Assembly (NCBI GenBank): GCA_963833575.1
Contig: CAWHXY010000004.1
Span: forward strand, 960,001-1,024,000
Direction: 5' to 3'
From: Candidatus Bathyarchaeota archaeon
Lineage (GTDB): Archaea; Thermoproteota; Bathyarchaeia; Bathyarchaeales; Bathycorpusculaceae
DNA length: 64,000 bases
Shown: one piece after another, positions 18,982 through 29,905 of the stretch
Layout: each line of letters begins with the position of its first letter
How positions within the stretch are numbered: the stretch's first letter is position 1
The notes under the pieces: model-generated
The model's database searches: none
What the model saw: only the letters and a program-made list of their open reading frames with translations
What the model was told of the DNA's origin: nothing
Made by a program: the position numbers and the translations under genes

Positions 18982-21900
18982 ATGCCCTACATAAAAAAAA
19001 TCGAGTTAAAGGGATTCAAGTCTTTTGGGCCACAGACTGTCAAAATTAATTTGGACAAAGGTTTCACAGCAGTAACAGGTCCAAACGGAAGCGGAAAATC
19101 CAACATTATGGATGCAGTGCTTTTCTCGCTTGGCGAACTAAGTACCAGAAGGTTACGCGCTGAAAATGCTGCTCAACTCATATTTCATGGCTCAGAAAAA
19201 GCTGGGCAAGAAAAAGCTAAAATGGCAAAAGTTGTCATTCAATTTGATAATACAGATGGAACAATGCCAGTTGATACAACCACAGTAACTATTTCACGTG
19301 AAGTTTTTCGAAACGGTCAAAGCGTTTATCGGTTAAATGGTAGAAGAATGTCAAGGGCATACATTACAGAAACGTTATCGATGAGCTCAATCAGCAGTAT
19401 GAGCCAAAACATTATTCCTCAGGGCACATTAACTAGGTTAACCGATCTTACTTCTGTTGAACGTCGAAGAATTATTGAAGACCTTGTTGGAATCGGTCAA
19501 TATGATGCGGAAAAGGCCGAAGCAGAAGAAAAACTTCGAGCAGCTGACATTTCAATACGTACAGCCATGGGTAGAATAGATGAAGTTCAAAAACGTTTAG
19601 ATGATTTGGAGCGTGAACGCAACCAACTCTTACGATACAATTTCATTCAAAGTGAAACCAGAAAGTTTCAAGCAATAAAAATCTCAAGCGACATAACACA
19701 ACTAAACCTCAAAATAAATGAAGCAACCGGCCAAACTGAAAAAGTAAAAGCCAGAGTTGACAAATTAAAAGAACAACGGGATCTGCGAAGATCAAAACGA
19801 CATGAAATTGAGGCTGACTGGAGAAAACTCAGCGGCGAAAACCTTGAGGCAGGCGGATCTGAAGTTCTTAAGGTTCAAATAACGATTGGTGATTTAAAAT
19901 CTAGACTAACTGAATTATCGACAAGAATTACTTCTGGGCAAGGCAGCTTCGAAAGTCTACGTCGAATAAGAGAAAACAACATTGCTCAGCAAGAAAATCT
20001 TAGAAATGAAATAAGAGAAAACCGTTTAAAAATTAGGGTATTTCGTAGTGAATACTGTAAAATCAAAGATCAAATAGAGCAAAAAGAGCTGGAACATGAA
20101 GCTTTGGCAAAACAAACTGCCGAGCTTTGGGGTGGACTAGGCGATAATAATCAGCAAATACACTTAAAGCAAGCAGAAATTGATAACCACGTTAAACGGC
20201 TTGCTTATTTACGGTCAGAATATACAAAAGATAAAGCAGCTTTGCGTCTCTGCACCGGAAGACTCAAAAACTTAACCGTGCGAAAAGAAAAATTCCAGAC
20301 AAACATAGCCGAAATCGAAAAGTCATTATCGGAACTTGAACAAGTTCAAAAGGATCAGAAAGCTCAATTTAAAAATCTCGAACACGTCATTGAACGCAAA
20401 AAGATCCAAAAAGAAACGGTTGAAAGAGAAATAAGTGAAGCCGAAAAAATAGCTAGTTCAGCTAAAGATGCTGTAGTAGAATTTGCTACTCAACGAGACC
20501 TTGCCTCAACCATAGCGGCTGAAGAAAAAGCTTTGAGAAGTATTGAGGAAATGGGTAATGTCGGTGCAATAGTTGGAATTCACGGTAGATTACGCGAATT
20601 AATTAAAATAGATAAAAATTATAAGAAAGCCATAGAGGCGGCGGCAACTGGTTGGCTTGATGCTTTAGTTGTGTCAAACATTGAAACAGCGTTCACTTGT
20701 GCCGAGACTCTCAGGCGTATGAAACTGGGCAGAGTCAAAATAATTCCGTTGCAGGGAGCCATAAACGTCAAGAACAAAGCCACGCCCAGTCGAGATGGCG
20801 TAGTAGGCGCACTTTCAAGCTTCATGAAATATGAAAACAACTATGATTTGGCCGTGAATTATGTTTTCGGAGACACGGTTGTTGTTTCAAACGATAAGGC
20901 AGCGTTTGCTATTTCGAACGAAGGCTACCGAGCAGTTACTGTTAATGGCGATTTGTATGAGCCAGGCGCTTTTGAAAGCGGCTATTACCGTGCACCAATT
21001 GATTTCTCAACAATTATTCCTAGCGAGAATGCTTTGAAAAGTTTAGATGAAGCAGTCAAAGCTCTGCAAACACACCTCACTCAAAGGGGAACTGACATAA
21101 CTGGCATCGAGGAAGAAATTGAACGAAGCAAAATCGAAATTACTCGTTTATCAGAGTCAATCGCGACTTTAGATAGGGAAATAGTTAGGATAAAAAGAAG
21201 TGTTAAAAGAACGCAATTCAATATTCGGCATACCGAAAAGTACGGTGGCAAACTTGAGCGTGAAGCAGCTTCTTACAAGGGTCGTATGAGCATATATATG
21301 AATGAACGGAATTCCATCAGAAGAGACGATCAGAGGTTACATGCTGATATTGTTAATTTAAGATTGAAAACTGATGTTGCCCACATCCAAGAACTTGAGG
21401 TTCAAAGGGAAAAACTTGGCGAGGAAATAAATAATCTGCGCCAGAAATCAGGGTCAACTCAAACAGAAATTTCAACTTACCAGTCTCAATTTGACCGAGT
21501 TCTGCGAAATGGTTACAAAAACATTAAGATTCAGATAGTTAAAGTTGATCAGCAACAGAAAAAACTGGAAAAAGAGATTGTTGAGGCAATTCAAGAACGC
21601 GAGACAATCAAGAAAGAGCTCGATGAGCTAGACAAAAACCGCGTTGAGCTCTCAAAAGCCGTTTTTTCTGCACGCGAAGAATCCAAAAAATTCACTTCAC
21701 AAATAGATAGTATTGATGCTGATTTACGTTTACTCGATTCGGAGTATGAGCAAGCGGAGCGGTTACTAAACCAACTTCAACTAAGCATGGAAACAAGCCA
21801 ACTTCGCCTTCAGCAACTCCAATATCAACTTCGCCAATTCGGCTATGAACAGCCATTTGAAACAAATCAAAAACAGGTCGAAGATGCAGAAACAACTATA

Positions 21901-22533
21901 CGCATGATGCAGTTTGAAATAGAAAGAATTGGCGCCATAAACCAGCTAGCGCTATCACATTACTCTGAGCAGATTTCTAGGTATAGAGAATTATCCGTGC
22001 GGTTAAACGAGCTGGAAAAAGAAAAGCAAGCCATCGTTCAGTTCATGGATGAAATTGAATCTAAAAAACGCAAAGTTTTCATGACAGCCTTCGAAAAAAT
22101 CAATATTGGACTCAAAACCTACTTTTCTAAACTCACCGGCGGTGGAGAAGCTACACTTAAGCTTGAAAACCCAGAAGAACCTTTTTCCGGCGGCATAGAC
22201 ATGATAGTGCAATTCCCAAACAAACCCTCAATTGTCGTTAGCGGGGCAAGCGGTGGCGAAAGATCAGTTTCAGCAGTCAGCTTCATTTTCTCACTAAAAG
22301 AATTCACTCCTGCATCATTCTACATTCTCGACGAGGTTGACGCCCACTTAGACGCTTACCATACAGCAAAACTTGCTGAAGTGCTACTTGAAGAAGCAGC
22401 AAAAATGCAGTTTGTTGTGATTAGCCTGCGTCCTGAAATGGTTAACAAAGCACAAAAAGTCTATGGTGTTTATGAACGAAATGGAGTCTCAAATGTTGTA
22501 ACAGCAAAGTTCCCAGCGGAGGTAGCCGCTTAA
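18982..22533 (+). CDS. smc: Chromosome segregation protein SMC (condensin)
   Basis: 'GFKSF', 'GPNGSGKSN', hinge 'GRVKIIPL', 'SGGERS', 'ILDEVDAHLD', long coiled coils. Confidence 0.98.
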   Translation: MPYIKKIELKGFKSFGPQTVKINLDKGFTAVTGPNGSGKSNIMDAVLFSLGELSTRRLRAENAAQLIFHGSEKAGQEKAKMAKVVIQFDNTDGTMPVDTTTVTISREVFRNGQSVYRLNGRRMSRAYITETLSMSSISSMSQNIIPQGTLTRLTDLTSVERRRIIEDLVGIGQYDAEKAEAEEKLRAADISIRTAMGRIDEVQKRLDDLERERNQLLRYNFIQSETRKFQAIKISSDITQLNLKINEATGQTEKVKARVDKLKEQRDLRRSKRHEIEADWRKLSGENLEAGGSEVLKVQITIGDLKSRLTELSTRITSGQGSFESLRRIRENNIAQQENLRNEIRENRLKIRVFRSEYCKIKDQIEQKELEHEALAKQTAELWGGLGDNNQQIHLKQAEIDNHVKRLAYLRSEYTKDKAALRLCTGRLKNLTVRKEKFQTNIAEIEKSLSELEQVQKDQKAQFKNLEHVIERKKIQKETVEREISEAEKIASSAKDAVVEFATQRDLASTIAAEEKALRSIEEMGNVGAIVGIHGRLRELIKIDKNYKKAIEAAATGWLDALVVSNIETAFTCAETLRRMKLGRVKIIPLQGAINVKNKATPSRDGVVGALSSFMKYENNYDLAVNYVFGDTVVVSNDKAAFAISNEGYRAVTVNGDLYEPGAFESGYYRAPIDFSTIIPSENALKSLDEAVKALQTHLTQRGTDITGIEEEIERSKIEITRLSESIATLDREIVRIKRSVKRTQFNIRHTEKYGGKLEREAASYKGRMSIYMNERNSIRRDDQRLHADIVNLRLKTDVAHIQELEVQREKLGEEINNLRQKSGSTQTEISTYQSQFDRVLRNGYKNIKIQIVKVDQQQKKLEKEIVEAIQERETIKKELDELDKNRVELSKAVFSAREESKKFTSQIDSIDADLRLLDSEYEQAERLLNQLQLSMETSQLRLQQLQYQLRQFGYEQPFETNQKQVEDAETTIRMMQFEIERIGAINQLALSHYSEQISRYRELSVRLNELEKEKQAIVQFMDEIESKKRKVFMTAFEKINIGLKTYFSKLTGGGEATLKLENPEEPFSGGIDMIVQFPNKPSIVVSGASGGERSVSAVSFIFSLKEFTPASFYILDEVDAHLDAYHTAKLAEVLLEEAAKMQFVVISLRPEMVNKAQKVYGVYERNGVSNVVTAKFPAEVAA

Positions 22534-23250
22534 ATGGCTTCAGCATCGACTACACCACTTAGAAGACCATTCTACCTTCGCCCACCATGGAACATTCTAT
22601 TTGAAATTAGCAAGCTTGAGAAGCTTACTCCTTGGAATGTAAACATAGCCTACCTGTTGCAGTCATTTCTTACGGAAATGGAGCGAACAAAAAACGTAGA
22701 TTTCCGCGCTTCAGGAGTTGCATTGGATTCTTCAGCGCTTATTTACTTAATGAAGTCCAAACTTCTGCTTACTTTGCAAGAGCCTCCAGTGACGCCGCCT
22801 AAAGGTCCGCAGGACTTTGTTCCTCCACCATTATTCTTGCCACTTCGTCACGAGTTAACTTCTACAACTATTCAGCATTTGCTTGAAGTCTTAGACGATG
22901 TTCTAAAGGGAGAAAAACTTCTTCATCTCAATCACACGGTTGAGCAGCATCCGGTTCTTCCATCTGTCACAGATTTGATGCCCCAGTTTGACAGGTTTAT
23001 CGCTGAACTGGAATTGCAGGTTGATCAACTATACGCTATCTTATGTGAAAAAGTGAAAGGCTCGGGAATAATAGATTTTTCAACTTTAACGAAAGGTTCA
23101 ACCAGAATTGAAGCGTTAAGAATGTTTATTTATCTCCTGTTTTTAGCTCAAGATGGCATGGTAAGTCTATGGCAGAACGAAGAAACTGAAGAATTATACA
23201 TTGCAGTGGGGAAATTAAACGTTGGAAAAGCCCAAGGTACAACCAGTTGA
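22534..23250 (+). CDS. scpA: Kleisin ScpA
   Basis: 'LTPWNVNIAYL..FL', 'LMKSKLLL', C-terminal 'FIYLLFLA..G.VSLWQ.E'; directly after smc. Confidence 0.9.
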   Translation: MASASTTPLRRPFYLRPPWNILFEISKLEKLTPWNVNIAYLLQSFLTEMERTKNVDFRASGVALDSSALIYLMKSKLLLTLQEPPVTPPKGPQDFVPPPLFLPLRHELTSTTIQHLLEVLDDVLKGEKLLHLNHTVEQHPVLPSVTDLMPQFDRFIAELELQVDQLYAILCEKVKGSGIIDFSTLTKGSTRIEALRMFIYLLFLAQDGMVSLWQNEETEELYIAVGKLNVGKAQGTTS

Positions 23251-23821
23251 TCTAAACGCCGAAGCGGAACAAGCTCAAGATAACGAGCGAAAAGCTCACT
23301 CCATCGCACTTTTGGAAGCAGCGTTATTTGTTGCTGGTCGTCCACTAGATGTCAATGAGTTATGTCAAGTCATCGGCAGCCGCTCAAAAAAGAAAGCCAC
23401 AAAGTTTGCTGACACGCTCGTTCAAGAGTATAACGCAAGAAATACCGCACTGGAAATTTTAGCTTTAAAAGATGAACGCTACGTGCTTCAGGTTAAGGCA
23501 GAATTTACTCATTTGATCCAAAAACTTGTGAATCGTCCATTGCTGTCTTCTGGACCGTTAAAAACACTTTCTTACATTGCCCTTCGGCAGCCAATTTCCC
23601 AGAAAAGAGTAATTGACGTTAGGGGGCAACACGCATACGGTCATATAAAGGAGCTAAAAGAAAGGCGTTTGATTCAGGCCGAAAAAAGCGGACGCACAAT
23701 GGCGCTGAAAACGACTAGTGACTTCGCTGACTATTTCGGGTTACCGAATGATATCACTGAGATGAAAAAAAACCTGAAGAAGATTTTTGGTGAAGCCTTA
23801 AAAGACGAAGCAGAAAAGTAA
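23222..23821 (+). CDS. scpB: SMC-Scp complex subunit ScpB
   Basis: 'LEAALFVAGRPL', 'LKTLSYIALRQPI', 'TTSDFADYFGL'. Confidence 0.95.
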   Translation: MEKPKVQPVDLNAEAEQAQDNERKAHSIALLEAALFVAGRPLDVNELCQVIGSRSKKKATKFADTLVQEYNARNTALEILALKDERYVLQVKAEFTHLIQKLVNRPLLSSGPLKTLSYIALRQPISQKRVIDVRGQHAYGHIKELKERRLIQAEKSGRTMALKTTSDFADYFGLPNDITEMKKNLKKIFGEALKDEAEK

Positions 23822-23934
23822 CAAGGAACATTTCTTGGCGAAGAAGCTTAGCCTTAAAACGGATACGTTTATATGGAAATTAACCGTTTTAGTGACTACT
23901 CGAATTAATAATTCATAAAAAGGAAATGTAGAAT

Positions 23935-24330
23935 ATGGCTTTCCATAGCAGTATATACAAAAGAAAACTCTCAGGCGGCAAAAAAAGAGCCTACAGATCA
24001 AAGAAAAAATATGAGGTAGGCGGATATGCAGCGGAAACAGTACTTGGCGAACCAAAGAGAAAAAGCACAAGAGGATTAGGCGGTATCAGTAAAGTTAAAG
24101 TTTTAACCGACAAATTCGCTTCAGTAACTGACCCAAAAACCGGCAAGACACAAAAAACTGAAATCACACGTGTGGTCAAAAACGGTGCAAACGTTGACTT
24201 TAACAGAAGAGGCGTCATAACCAAAGGCGCAGAAATCGAAACCGCTCTAGGACAAGCAAAAGTTACCAGTCGCCCAGGCAGCGACGGAGTAATCAACGCA
24301 GTCTTAATTGCAGGCAAAGAAAAAAGCTAA
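23935..24330 (+). CDS. rps8e: 30S ribosomal protein S8e
   Basis: 'KRKLSGGK...RSKKKYE.G', 'RRGVITKGA.IET..G.A.VTSRPG.DGVINAVL'. Confidence 0.97.
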   Translation: MAFHSSIYKRKLSGGKKRAYRSKKKYEVGGYAAETVLGEPKRKSTRGLGGISKVKVLTDKFASVTDPKTGKTQKTEITRVVKNGANVDFNRRGVITKGAEIETALGQAKVTSRPGSDGVINAVLIAGKEKS

Positions 24331-24338
24331 AAATCCAT

Positions 24339-24644
24339 TTAGTATTTTGTCGTCTGTTGCTGGTTTTTGATTTTCATTAATTGTTTTGCTATTTTCTGAA
24401 TTATCTTTTCTTTTGGTTCCTTCTTTTCAACAAGCAACATTCCAGTCTTAGCCCACGGCATTTTTGGGAAATGAGCTTCAAGGTTTATCTCATTTTTTAA
24501 TCCTAATTTGTCCGTTGCTTCTTTGAGCTCTGCGATTTTTGGGGATTGCACTGCCAAATTTTTTGATACTCGTCGACCTTTTTTCCTGGTTTTTGAGGAA
24601 TCAAAGTATATGGGCCAAATTATTGCTTTATCGAGTTTTTTCAC
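24339..24644 (-). CDS. srp19: Signal recognition particle protein SRP19
   Basis: 'IIWPIYFDS.KTRKKGRRV.KNLAV.SP', 'FPKMPW..TG'. Confidence 0.95.
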   Translation of the reverse strand: MKKLDKAIIWPIYFDSSKTRKKGRRVSKNLAVQSPKIAELKEATDKLGLKNEINLEAHFPKMPWAKTGMLLVEKKEPKEKIIQKIAKQLMKIKNQQQTTKY

Positions 24645-24657
24645 GTTGTTTCACCAT

Positions 24658-26409
24658 TTATTTGTGGGCATAATAACCTACGAGTTTTTGGTTTGCTTCG
24701 TCTATGCGTGTGAATCCGAAGCGTTCAAACTGTATTATTGCGTCTGGCTTTAACTTTTTGCAGGCGCTTTCAGCAAAACCTTCAATTACTGATGCGTTTG
24801 GCATAACTATTTCGCAGGGGAATTCCTCGTCCTTAGGTATCCATTGGATGAGCGGGGCTTTGATTTTTCTGATGTCTTCGTAGGATTCGCTGACAAAAGT
24901 TGCAGTTTCTGAATTACCTATTTTGCTTTCGATTTTAACGTTAAAAAGTTCCATGAGCCTAACGATATCGCCTGTTTTTATAGCTTCTAAATCTTTCTTT
25001 GAAATCCAGAAAGTAACTGCTTTCTCGTTCCCTTGAGGCGATATGGTGTACTCTCTGAAGCCTTGCTCAGGTTTCTCAGGATGCATTGGAAGCATTGCAT
25101 CGAAGGTTTTCGGGACTTCCAAAACTTTAAGCTCAACTGGCGCGGGAACGAAGAAATACCGGTGGCTTGTGGCGTCAAGGATTTTGCGGTTGTAAGAAAA
25201 CAGGTTCTCCCAGCTTAATGTAACATCGTTTGATTTTATTCCAACATCAATAATCATTTTTTTGATGGCTTCTGGTGTTATGCCTCGTTTCCTTAGTGCT
25301 AAGAACGTGCCGAGCCGTGGATCATCAAAGCCTGAATATATGCCTTCTTTTACGCCCTGAACAATCTTAGACTTACTCAAAAAAGCCCCTGTGATCTTTA
25401 ACCTACCATAATGTATGGCTTCAGGGTATTCCCAACCCAAATATTTGTACATGAATTTTTGGCGAACCATGTTAGTGTAATGTTCTTTGCCGCGGATGAT
25501 ATGGGTCATGCCCATTAGGTGGTCGTCTAAGCCCGCTGCTAAATTGTAGAGAGGCCAAACAATGTATTTACTTCCCACCCGAGGGTGAGGATACTTTTTT
25601 GTGTCTATGATTCTAAGCGCTGGCCAATCACGGACTGCGGGGTTTGGATTTTCTAAGTCCGTTTTTACTCGAACCACAGCTTGGCCTTCTTTATAGCCGC
25701 CGTCTAACATGCGGTGCCAACGTTCTAAGTTCTCAGCAGCCGGTAGGATTCTGCATGGGCAAGCTTGTTTTGCTATGATTTTTTTCCTGAATTCCTCAGG
25801 CGGGCACTCACAGACATAAGCGTTGCCATCTCCAATTAGCCGCTCGGTATACTCGTAGTAAACTGGCAAACGGTCGCTTTGGATATATTCTTCGTCAACT
25901 TTGCAACCTAGCCACTTTAGATCTTGCTTAATGCTTTCATAAAACACTAAAGACGGTTTTTTGATTTTGGGATCTGTATCTTCAAAGCGCAAAATAAACT
26001 TGCCTTTGTAAATACGGGCGTACTCGTGACTTAGCAGAATTGCTCTTGCTGAACCCAAATGTAGGACACAATCAGGGTTTGGGGAAAACCGAGTCACTAT
26101 CTGAGCGTATTTATCAGCATTAGGAAGGGGCGGAAGTTTTTTTTCTTCAGCTTTCTCTTTCTTTTGAGTTTCAGGCCATTTTTCCTCGACAATTGCCTTC
26201 TGCTCTGTCAATGAGAGGCTGTTTACTTCATTTACAACTGAGTTAATTATGATTGAGAGCTCTTTTATCTTGGATCTTAGGTCTTGTCTTTCGCCAAGAA
26301 TTTTGCCGACCATGACGCCTGCTTGAGCCTTGCCATCATGCGAAACTGCATTGAGTAAAGCAGCTTTCCGAATCTGTTCTCTAAGATCATTATCGTTTTC
26401 AAGTGCCAA
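24658..26409 (-). CDS. gltX: Glutamate--tRNA ligase
   Basis: 'RFSPNP..LHLGS', 'LRFEDTDP', 'THIIRGKEH', 'LSKS', 'QFERFGF'. Confidence 0.97.
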   Translation of the reverse strand: MALENDNDLREQIRKAALLNAVSHDGKAQAGVMVGKILGERQDLRSKIKELSIIINSVVNEVNSLSLTEQKAIVEEKWPETQKKEKAEEKKLPPLPNADKYAQIVTRFSPNPDCVLHLGSARAILLSHEYARIYKGKFILRFEDTDPKIKKPSLVFYESIKQDLKWLGCKVDEEYIQSDRLPVYYEYTERLIGDGNAYVCECPPEEFRKKIIAKQACPCRILPAAENLERWHRMLDGGYKEGQAVVRVKTDLENPNPAVRDWPALRIIDTKKYPHPRVGSKYIVWPLYNLAAGLDDHLMGMTHIIRGKEHYTNMVRQKFMYKYLGWEYPEAIHYGRLKITGAFLSKSKIVQGVKEGIYSGFDDPRLGTFLALRKRGITPEAIKKMIIDVGIKSNDVTLSWENLFSYNRKILDATSHRYFFVPAPVELKVLEVPKTFDAMLPMHPEKPEQGFREYTISPQGNEKAVTFWISKKDLEAIKTGDIVRLMELFNVKIESKIGNSETATFVSESYEDIRKIKAPLIQWIPKDEEFPCEIVMPNASVIEGFAESACKKLKPDAIIQFERFGFTRIDEANQKLVGYYAHK

Positions 26410-26431
26410 ATTCTTTACGCTCGCTGAAACA

Positions 26432-27502
26432 TTACTTGTTTCTCTTAATCAAGAATTCAGCGAACTCTTTTAATTTTTCCTTGGCCTCAGGGGTTGGCAG
26501 AAATTTTTCGGCTTCTTTCCAACTTTCGGCAACCATGCGTTCCGCAGTGCGTTTGACATGTTCAAAAGCGCCGTACTTTTGCATTACTGCTATTGCTTCA
26601 TCTCGAAGAGCTTGATCGGAAGTGTGTATGTTGAGAATTTCAATTAGACGTTTTTTTTCGTTGATATTGGCTTTTCTTAGCGTGTAAATGACCATTAAGC
26701 TTCTTTTGCCTTCGGTAATATCTTGCCCGACACCGCCTTTCTTTTTTGCAAACTCTGTGCCGGTTAAATCCAAGATATCGTCTTGCATTTGGAATGCAAC
26801 GCCGATACTTTCTGCAAAACGCCCAAGGTTTTCAACTAATGGCTTGTTTGCACCTGATAGAACCGCCGCTATTTTTGCTGACATCCGCGCGAGTGTTCCA
26901 GTTTTGTAAGCACACATCTGCAAATAATCCTCTTCTTCCAATTCGTCTGCATTGGCTATGCCTCGGTGCCATGCAATATCCATAGCTTGTCCCATGCTGA
27001 GATTAATCATTTCTTGCACATATACCTCGTAAACATCCCGTTGAATCTCGGGTGTAAGCTTTGCTCTTTGCTCCATCAGGGGCAGAAGCGGCAGATAGTA
27101 CATTGCGTTTCCAGCGTTTACCGCGATGTCTGTTTGGAAAATTTTGTAAGTGCAGAGTTTGCCTCGTCGTAGTTCCGAGGAATCCTCAATGTCATCAATA
27201 ACTAATGTTCCGTTGTGAATGACTTCAGGGATAATTGAGAAGTCCAAGCAGTAATCCTCATTTTTGCCAAGCGCTTCACATATGAGCAGGAATAGGCTTG
27301 GTCGCCACCTTTTTCCGCCGCGGTCTAGCATGTCCCAGATGGGGTCTGAAATTGCTTTGTTGAGTGGTTCTAGGTTGTAACTAAACATTGGAGGGTTAAT
27401 TTTGAAAAGGACCGAGTTTTTGCTGAATTTTCTTGGAATATATTTTTCAATTGTTTTGTCGATTAAGGGCGCTTTTTCTTCAAGAAACCTTTCAATATCC
27501 AC
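26432..27502 (-). CDS. idsA: Geranylgeranyl diphosphate synthase (polyprenyl synthetase)
   Basis: 'GGKRWRP', FARM 'DDIED...RRG', 'GQAMD', 'KT', SARM 'QDDILD'. Confidence 0.93.
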   Translation of the reverse strand: MDIERFLEEKAPLIDKTIEKYIPRKFSKNSVLFKINPPMFSYNLEPLNKAISDPIWDMLDRGGKRWRPSLFLLICEALGKNEDYCLDFSIIPEVIHNGTLVIDDIEDSSELRRGKLCTYKIFQTDIAVNAGNAMYYLPLLPLMEQRAKLTPEIQRDVYEVYVQEMINLSMGQAMDIAWHRGIANADELEEEDYLQMCAYKTGTLARMSAKIAAVLSGANKPLVENLGRFAESIGVAFQMQDDILDLTGTEFAKKKGGVGQDITEGKRSLMVIYTLRKANINEKKRLIEILNIHTSDQALRDEAIAVMQKYGAFEHVKRTAERMVAESWKEAEKFLPTPEAKEKLKEFAEFLIKRNK

Positions 27503-27505
27503 TTT

Positions 27506-28609
27506 TTAGTGAGCTCCTCTTTTACCGTATTTTTCTAAGTTAAAGCCTCTGGCCCAGAGCCATTGTGCAGTTTTGCCAGTGATCACTGCTGGTATGTTTG
27601 ATAAATCAACTATTTTTTCTACACCCACTAGGAACATAATGTTTCGAAGTTCTTCAATTAGACATGACAGTTTATTCTCAGTTTCTTTTGTACTATTAAC
27701 TGCCGTTTGAAGAATTGGCTGAGAAATGCTTGCTAAACTTGCATTAAGCGCTAATGCTTTAGCTATATCTGTGCCGCTTCGTACGCCACCTGAAGCAATT
27801 ATAGGTAATTTGACTGTTTGAGCTGTTTCGATAAGACTAACTGCAGTTGTTATGCCCCAATCCCAGAATGTTTCCCCTAAAAAATGCTCGATCTCATCTT
27901 TTTTTCCGTTTGACCTAAAATATTCAACGGCTGCAAAACTTGTTCCGCCTACTCCACCGACGTCTATTGCTTTGACCCCTGCGGTTTCAAGCGCTTTCGC
28001 ATCTTCCGCGGAGATTCCTGAGCCTGTCTCTTTGACTATCACTGGCGTCTCGATTCTATCGGCTATTTCACTAATTTTAGCCAAGATGCCTTTGAAGTTA
28101 GTTTGCCCCTCAGGCTGGACGGCTTCTTGCAAAGCGTTCAAATGTATCGCTACCGCGTCGGCATCTATCATTTCAACGACTTTCTTGACTTCCTTCAATC
28201 CGTATCCGTGCACTAGTTGAACGCCGCCGATGTTTGCTATTAAGAAGGCATGGGGCGCCTTTTTGCGTGCAACAGAGTAGGTTTTTTCCAGCTCTTTTTT
28301 TTCAATCGCTGCTCTCTGGCTCCCAACTCCCATCCCCAAACCAAGTTTTTCCACAGCTTCGGCGATTGAAGAATTTATTTTAATTGCTTGTTCTGTTCCC
28401 CCAGTCATTGCACCGACAATAATTGGCGCTGAAAATTTCTTGCCTAAGAAAGTAGTTGATAAATCTATTTTTTTCTTGTTGACCTCTGGCAATGCGTGAT
28501 GTATGAGTTGGATGTCTTCAAAGCCCGCGGTCGCATTCTTGGCTTGAGCTTTCTTGTCCAAACAAATCCTAATGTGGTCACCTTTGCGTCTGCCGGTGTC
28601 CTCAGCCAT
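27506..28609 (-). CDS. fni: Type 2 isopentenyl-diphosphate delta-isomerase
   Basis: 'RKGDHI', 'AMTGG', 'GVGSQR', 'HLNALQEAVQPEG', 'KETG.GIS', 'GGTSF'. Confidence 0.97.
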   Translation of the reverse strand: MAEDTGRRKGDHIRICLDKKAQAKNATAGFEDIQLIHHALPEVNKKKIDLSTTFLGKKFSAPIIVGAMTGGTEQAIKINSSIAEAVEKLGLGMGVGSQRAAIEKKELEKTYSVARKKAPHAFLIANIGGVQLVHGYGLKEVKKVVEMIDADAVAIHLNALQEAVQPEGQTNFKGILAKISEIADRIETPVIVKETGSGISAEDAKALETAGVKAIDVGGVGGTSFAAVEYFRSNGKKDEIEHFLGETFWDWGITTAVSLIETAQTVKLPIIASGGVRSGTDIAKALALNASLASISQPILQTAVNSTKETENKLSCLIEELRNIMFLVGVEKIVDLSNIPAVITGKTAQWLWARGFNLEKYGKRGAH

Positions 28610-28610
28610 C

Positions 28611-29414
28611 TTACGCCTTCTCTATTTCAGTGCCCAAAACGCTTTGGTCCGTCAATGCCCTGTAAATGGATAATCCTTTCGTGGCACCAGTAATCGTAAT
28701 GCGTACTCCCTGCTCTATGGCTGGAATAAGCTCTGCTATTTTGCCTGCCATGCCGCCGGTGACGTCTGTATTTGCTGTTTTGCCAATTTTAGGTTGAATC
28801 TGCTTTAATTCTGCTAACGTTAGGTGTTTGTAAGGTTTTGCATTTGGGTTGGTTTTAGGGTCAGCATCATATAAGCCATCTGTGTCAACGCCAAGAACTA
28901 TTTTTGAAGCCTTGTATTTAATTGCCAAATAAGCAACCAATTGATCACCCGAAAGAATTGTGAAGCCTAATTTATCATCTAAAATAGCATCGCCATACAT
29001 GACCGGGGTGAACGTCATTTTCTGCATCGCTTTTATTACGGTTTCGTCGAAAGATTTGATTTGCCCATTTTCAGTTATTATACACGATGATGGAGCGATG
29101 CTTAGGGCTGGGACTTCATGCCAAATAAGTGCGTCCATAACTAACCCATTTAGTACAGTCATAACATGGTGAGTTTCTGCAAAGCCTAGTTTTTGAGTTG
29201 GGTCTTCTTTGTAGCCTTCTTTTATTCCGTACTTTGCCGCGGTTGGATGGCCAAAGCTCCCTCCACCATGTACAATTATCAGGTTATCAAGATCTGCCCG
29301 CTTTATTTCTTCGGCTAAACGATTTATTATTTCTGTTTTTGCGGCTAATGGTTCTGCTTTGTCAGTGATGGCTGAACCGCCGATTTTTAGGATTATTGGT
29401 TTCGCATCGTTCAA
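28611..29414 (-). CDS. ipk: Isopentenyl phosphate kinase
   Basis: 'LKIGGSAITDK', 'VHGGGSFGH', 'ILSGD', 'DVTGGMAGK'; TTG 29414 with AGGTG RBS preferred. Confidence 0.95.
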   Translation of the reverse strand: MNDAKPIILKIGGSAITDKAEPLAAKTEIINRLAEEIKRADLDNLIIVHGGGSFGHPTAAKYGIKEGYKEDPTQKLGFAETHHVMTVLNGLVMDALIWHEVPALSIAPSSCIITENGQIKSFDETVIKAMQKMTFTPVMYGDAILDDKLGFTILSGDQLVAYLAIKYKASKIVLGVDTDGLYDADPKTNPNAKPYKHLTLAELKQIQPKIGKTANTDVTGGMAGKIAELIPAIEQGVRITITGATKGLSIYRALTDQSVLGTEIEKA

Positions 29415-29518
29415 GTTCTTTGCACCTTTACATTTGATATTAGAGCACTTATTGAAAAGCATTACCGCGTAATGCATCGAGTCAAAGGTATGGGCGGAAC
29501 ATGAGTTAAGAGGAAGAG

Positions 29519-29905
29519 TTAAAAAATTTTTACAATGCCATTTTCAACGATGACTTTGGTGCCTGTCTTGATTTTTAAGATGTCAATTTTGTCAACACAT
29601 GGGATTTCGCTAATTATGGCACCAACAGCAACAACGGTTTCGCATTCTTTGTTTATCATTCCCGCAGGGGCTGTGCCATTCTTCTTCATGCGATAGAGTG
29701 TATAGGAGCCTACGGTTGAGCCTTTGCCCGTTGGGAACACGAGGATCTTGTCTTTAACGCTTTGCCCTTGTAACTCATGTCCTTTTTCGATTACAATGCC
29801 TGTATTGGGGTCTACTCCGCCGTAGAAAGATATAGGCTGTGTAGTGGCGAGGGCATCGCCTTTGCCTTTGCCTTTCGAAATTAATCTGCCATTTAGCTGT
29901 TCCAT
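29519..29905 (-). CDS. Phosphomevalonate dehydratase small subunit (aconitase X swivel domain, DUF126)
   Basis: 'ISFYGGVDP.TG', 'GKGSTVGSY', 'GAIISEIP.VD'; ATG 29905 preferred. Confidence 0.92.
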   Translation of the reverse strand: MEQLNGRLISKGKGKGDALATTQPISFYGGVDPNTGIVIEKGHELQGQSVKDKILVFPTGKGSTVGSYTLYRMKKNGTAPAGMINKECETVVAVGAIISEIPCVDKIDILKIKTGTKVIVENGIVKIF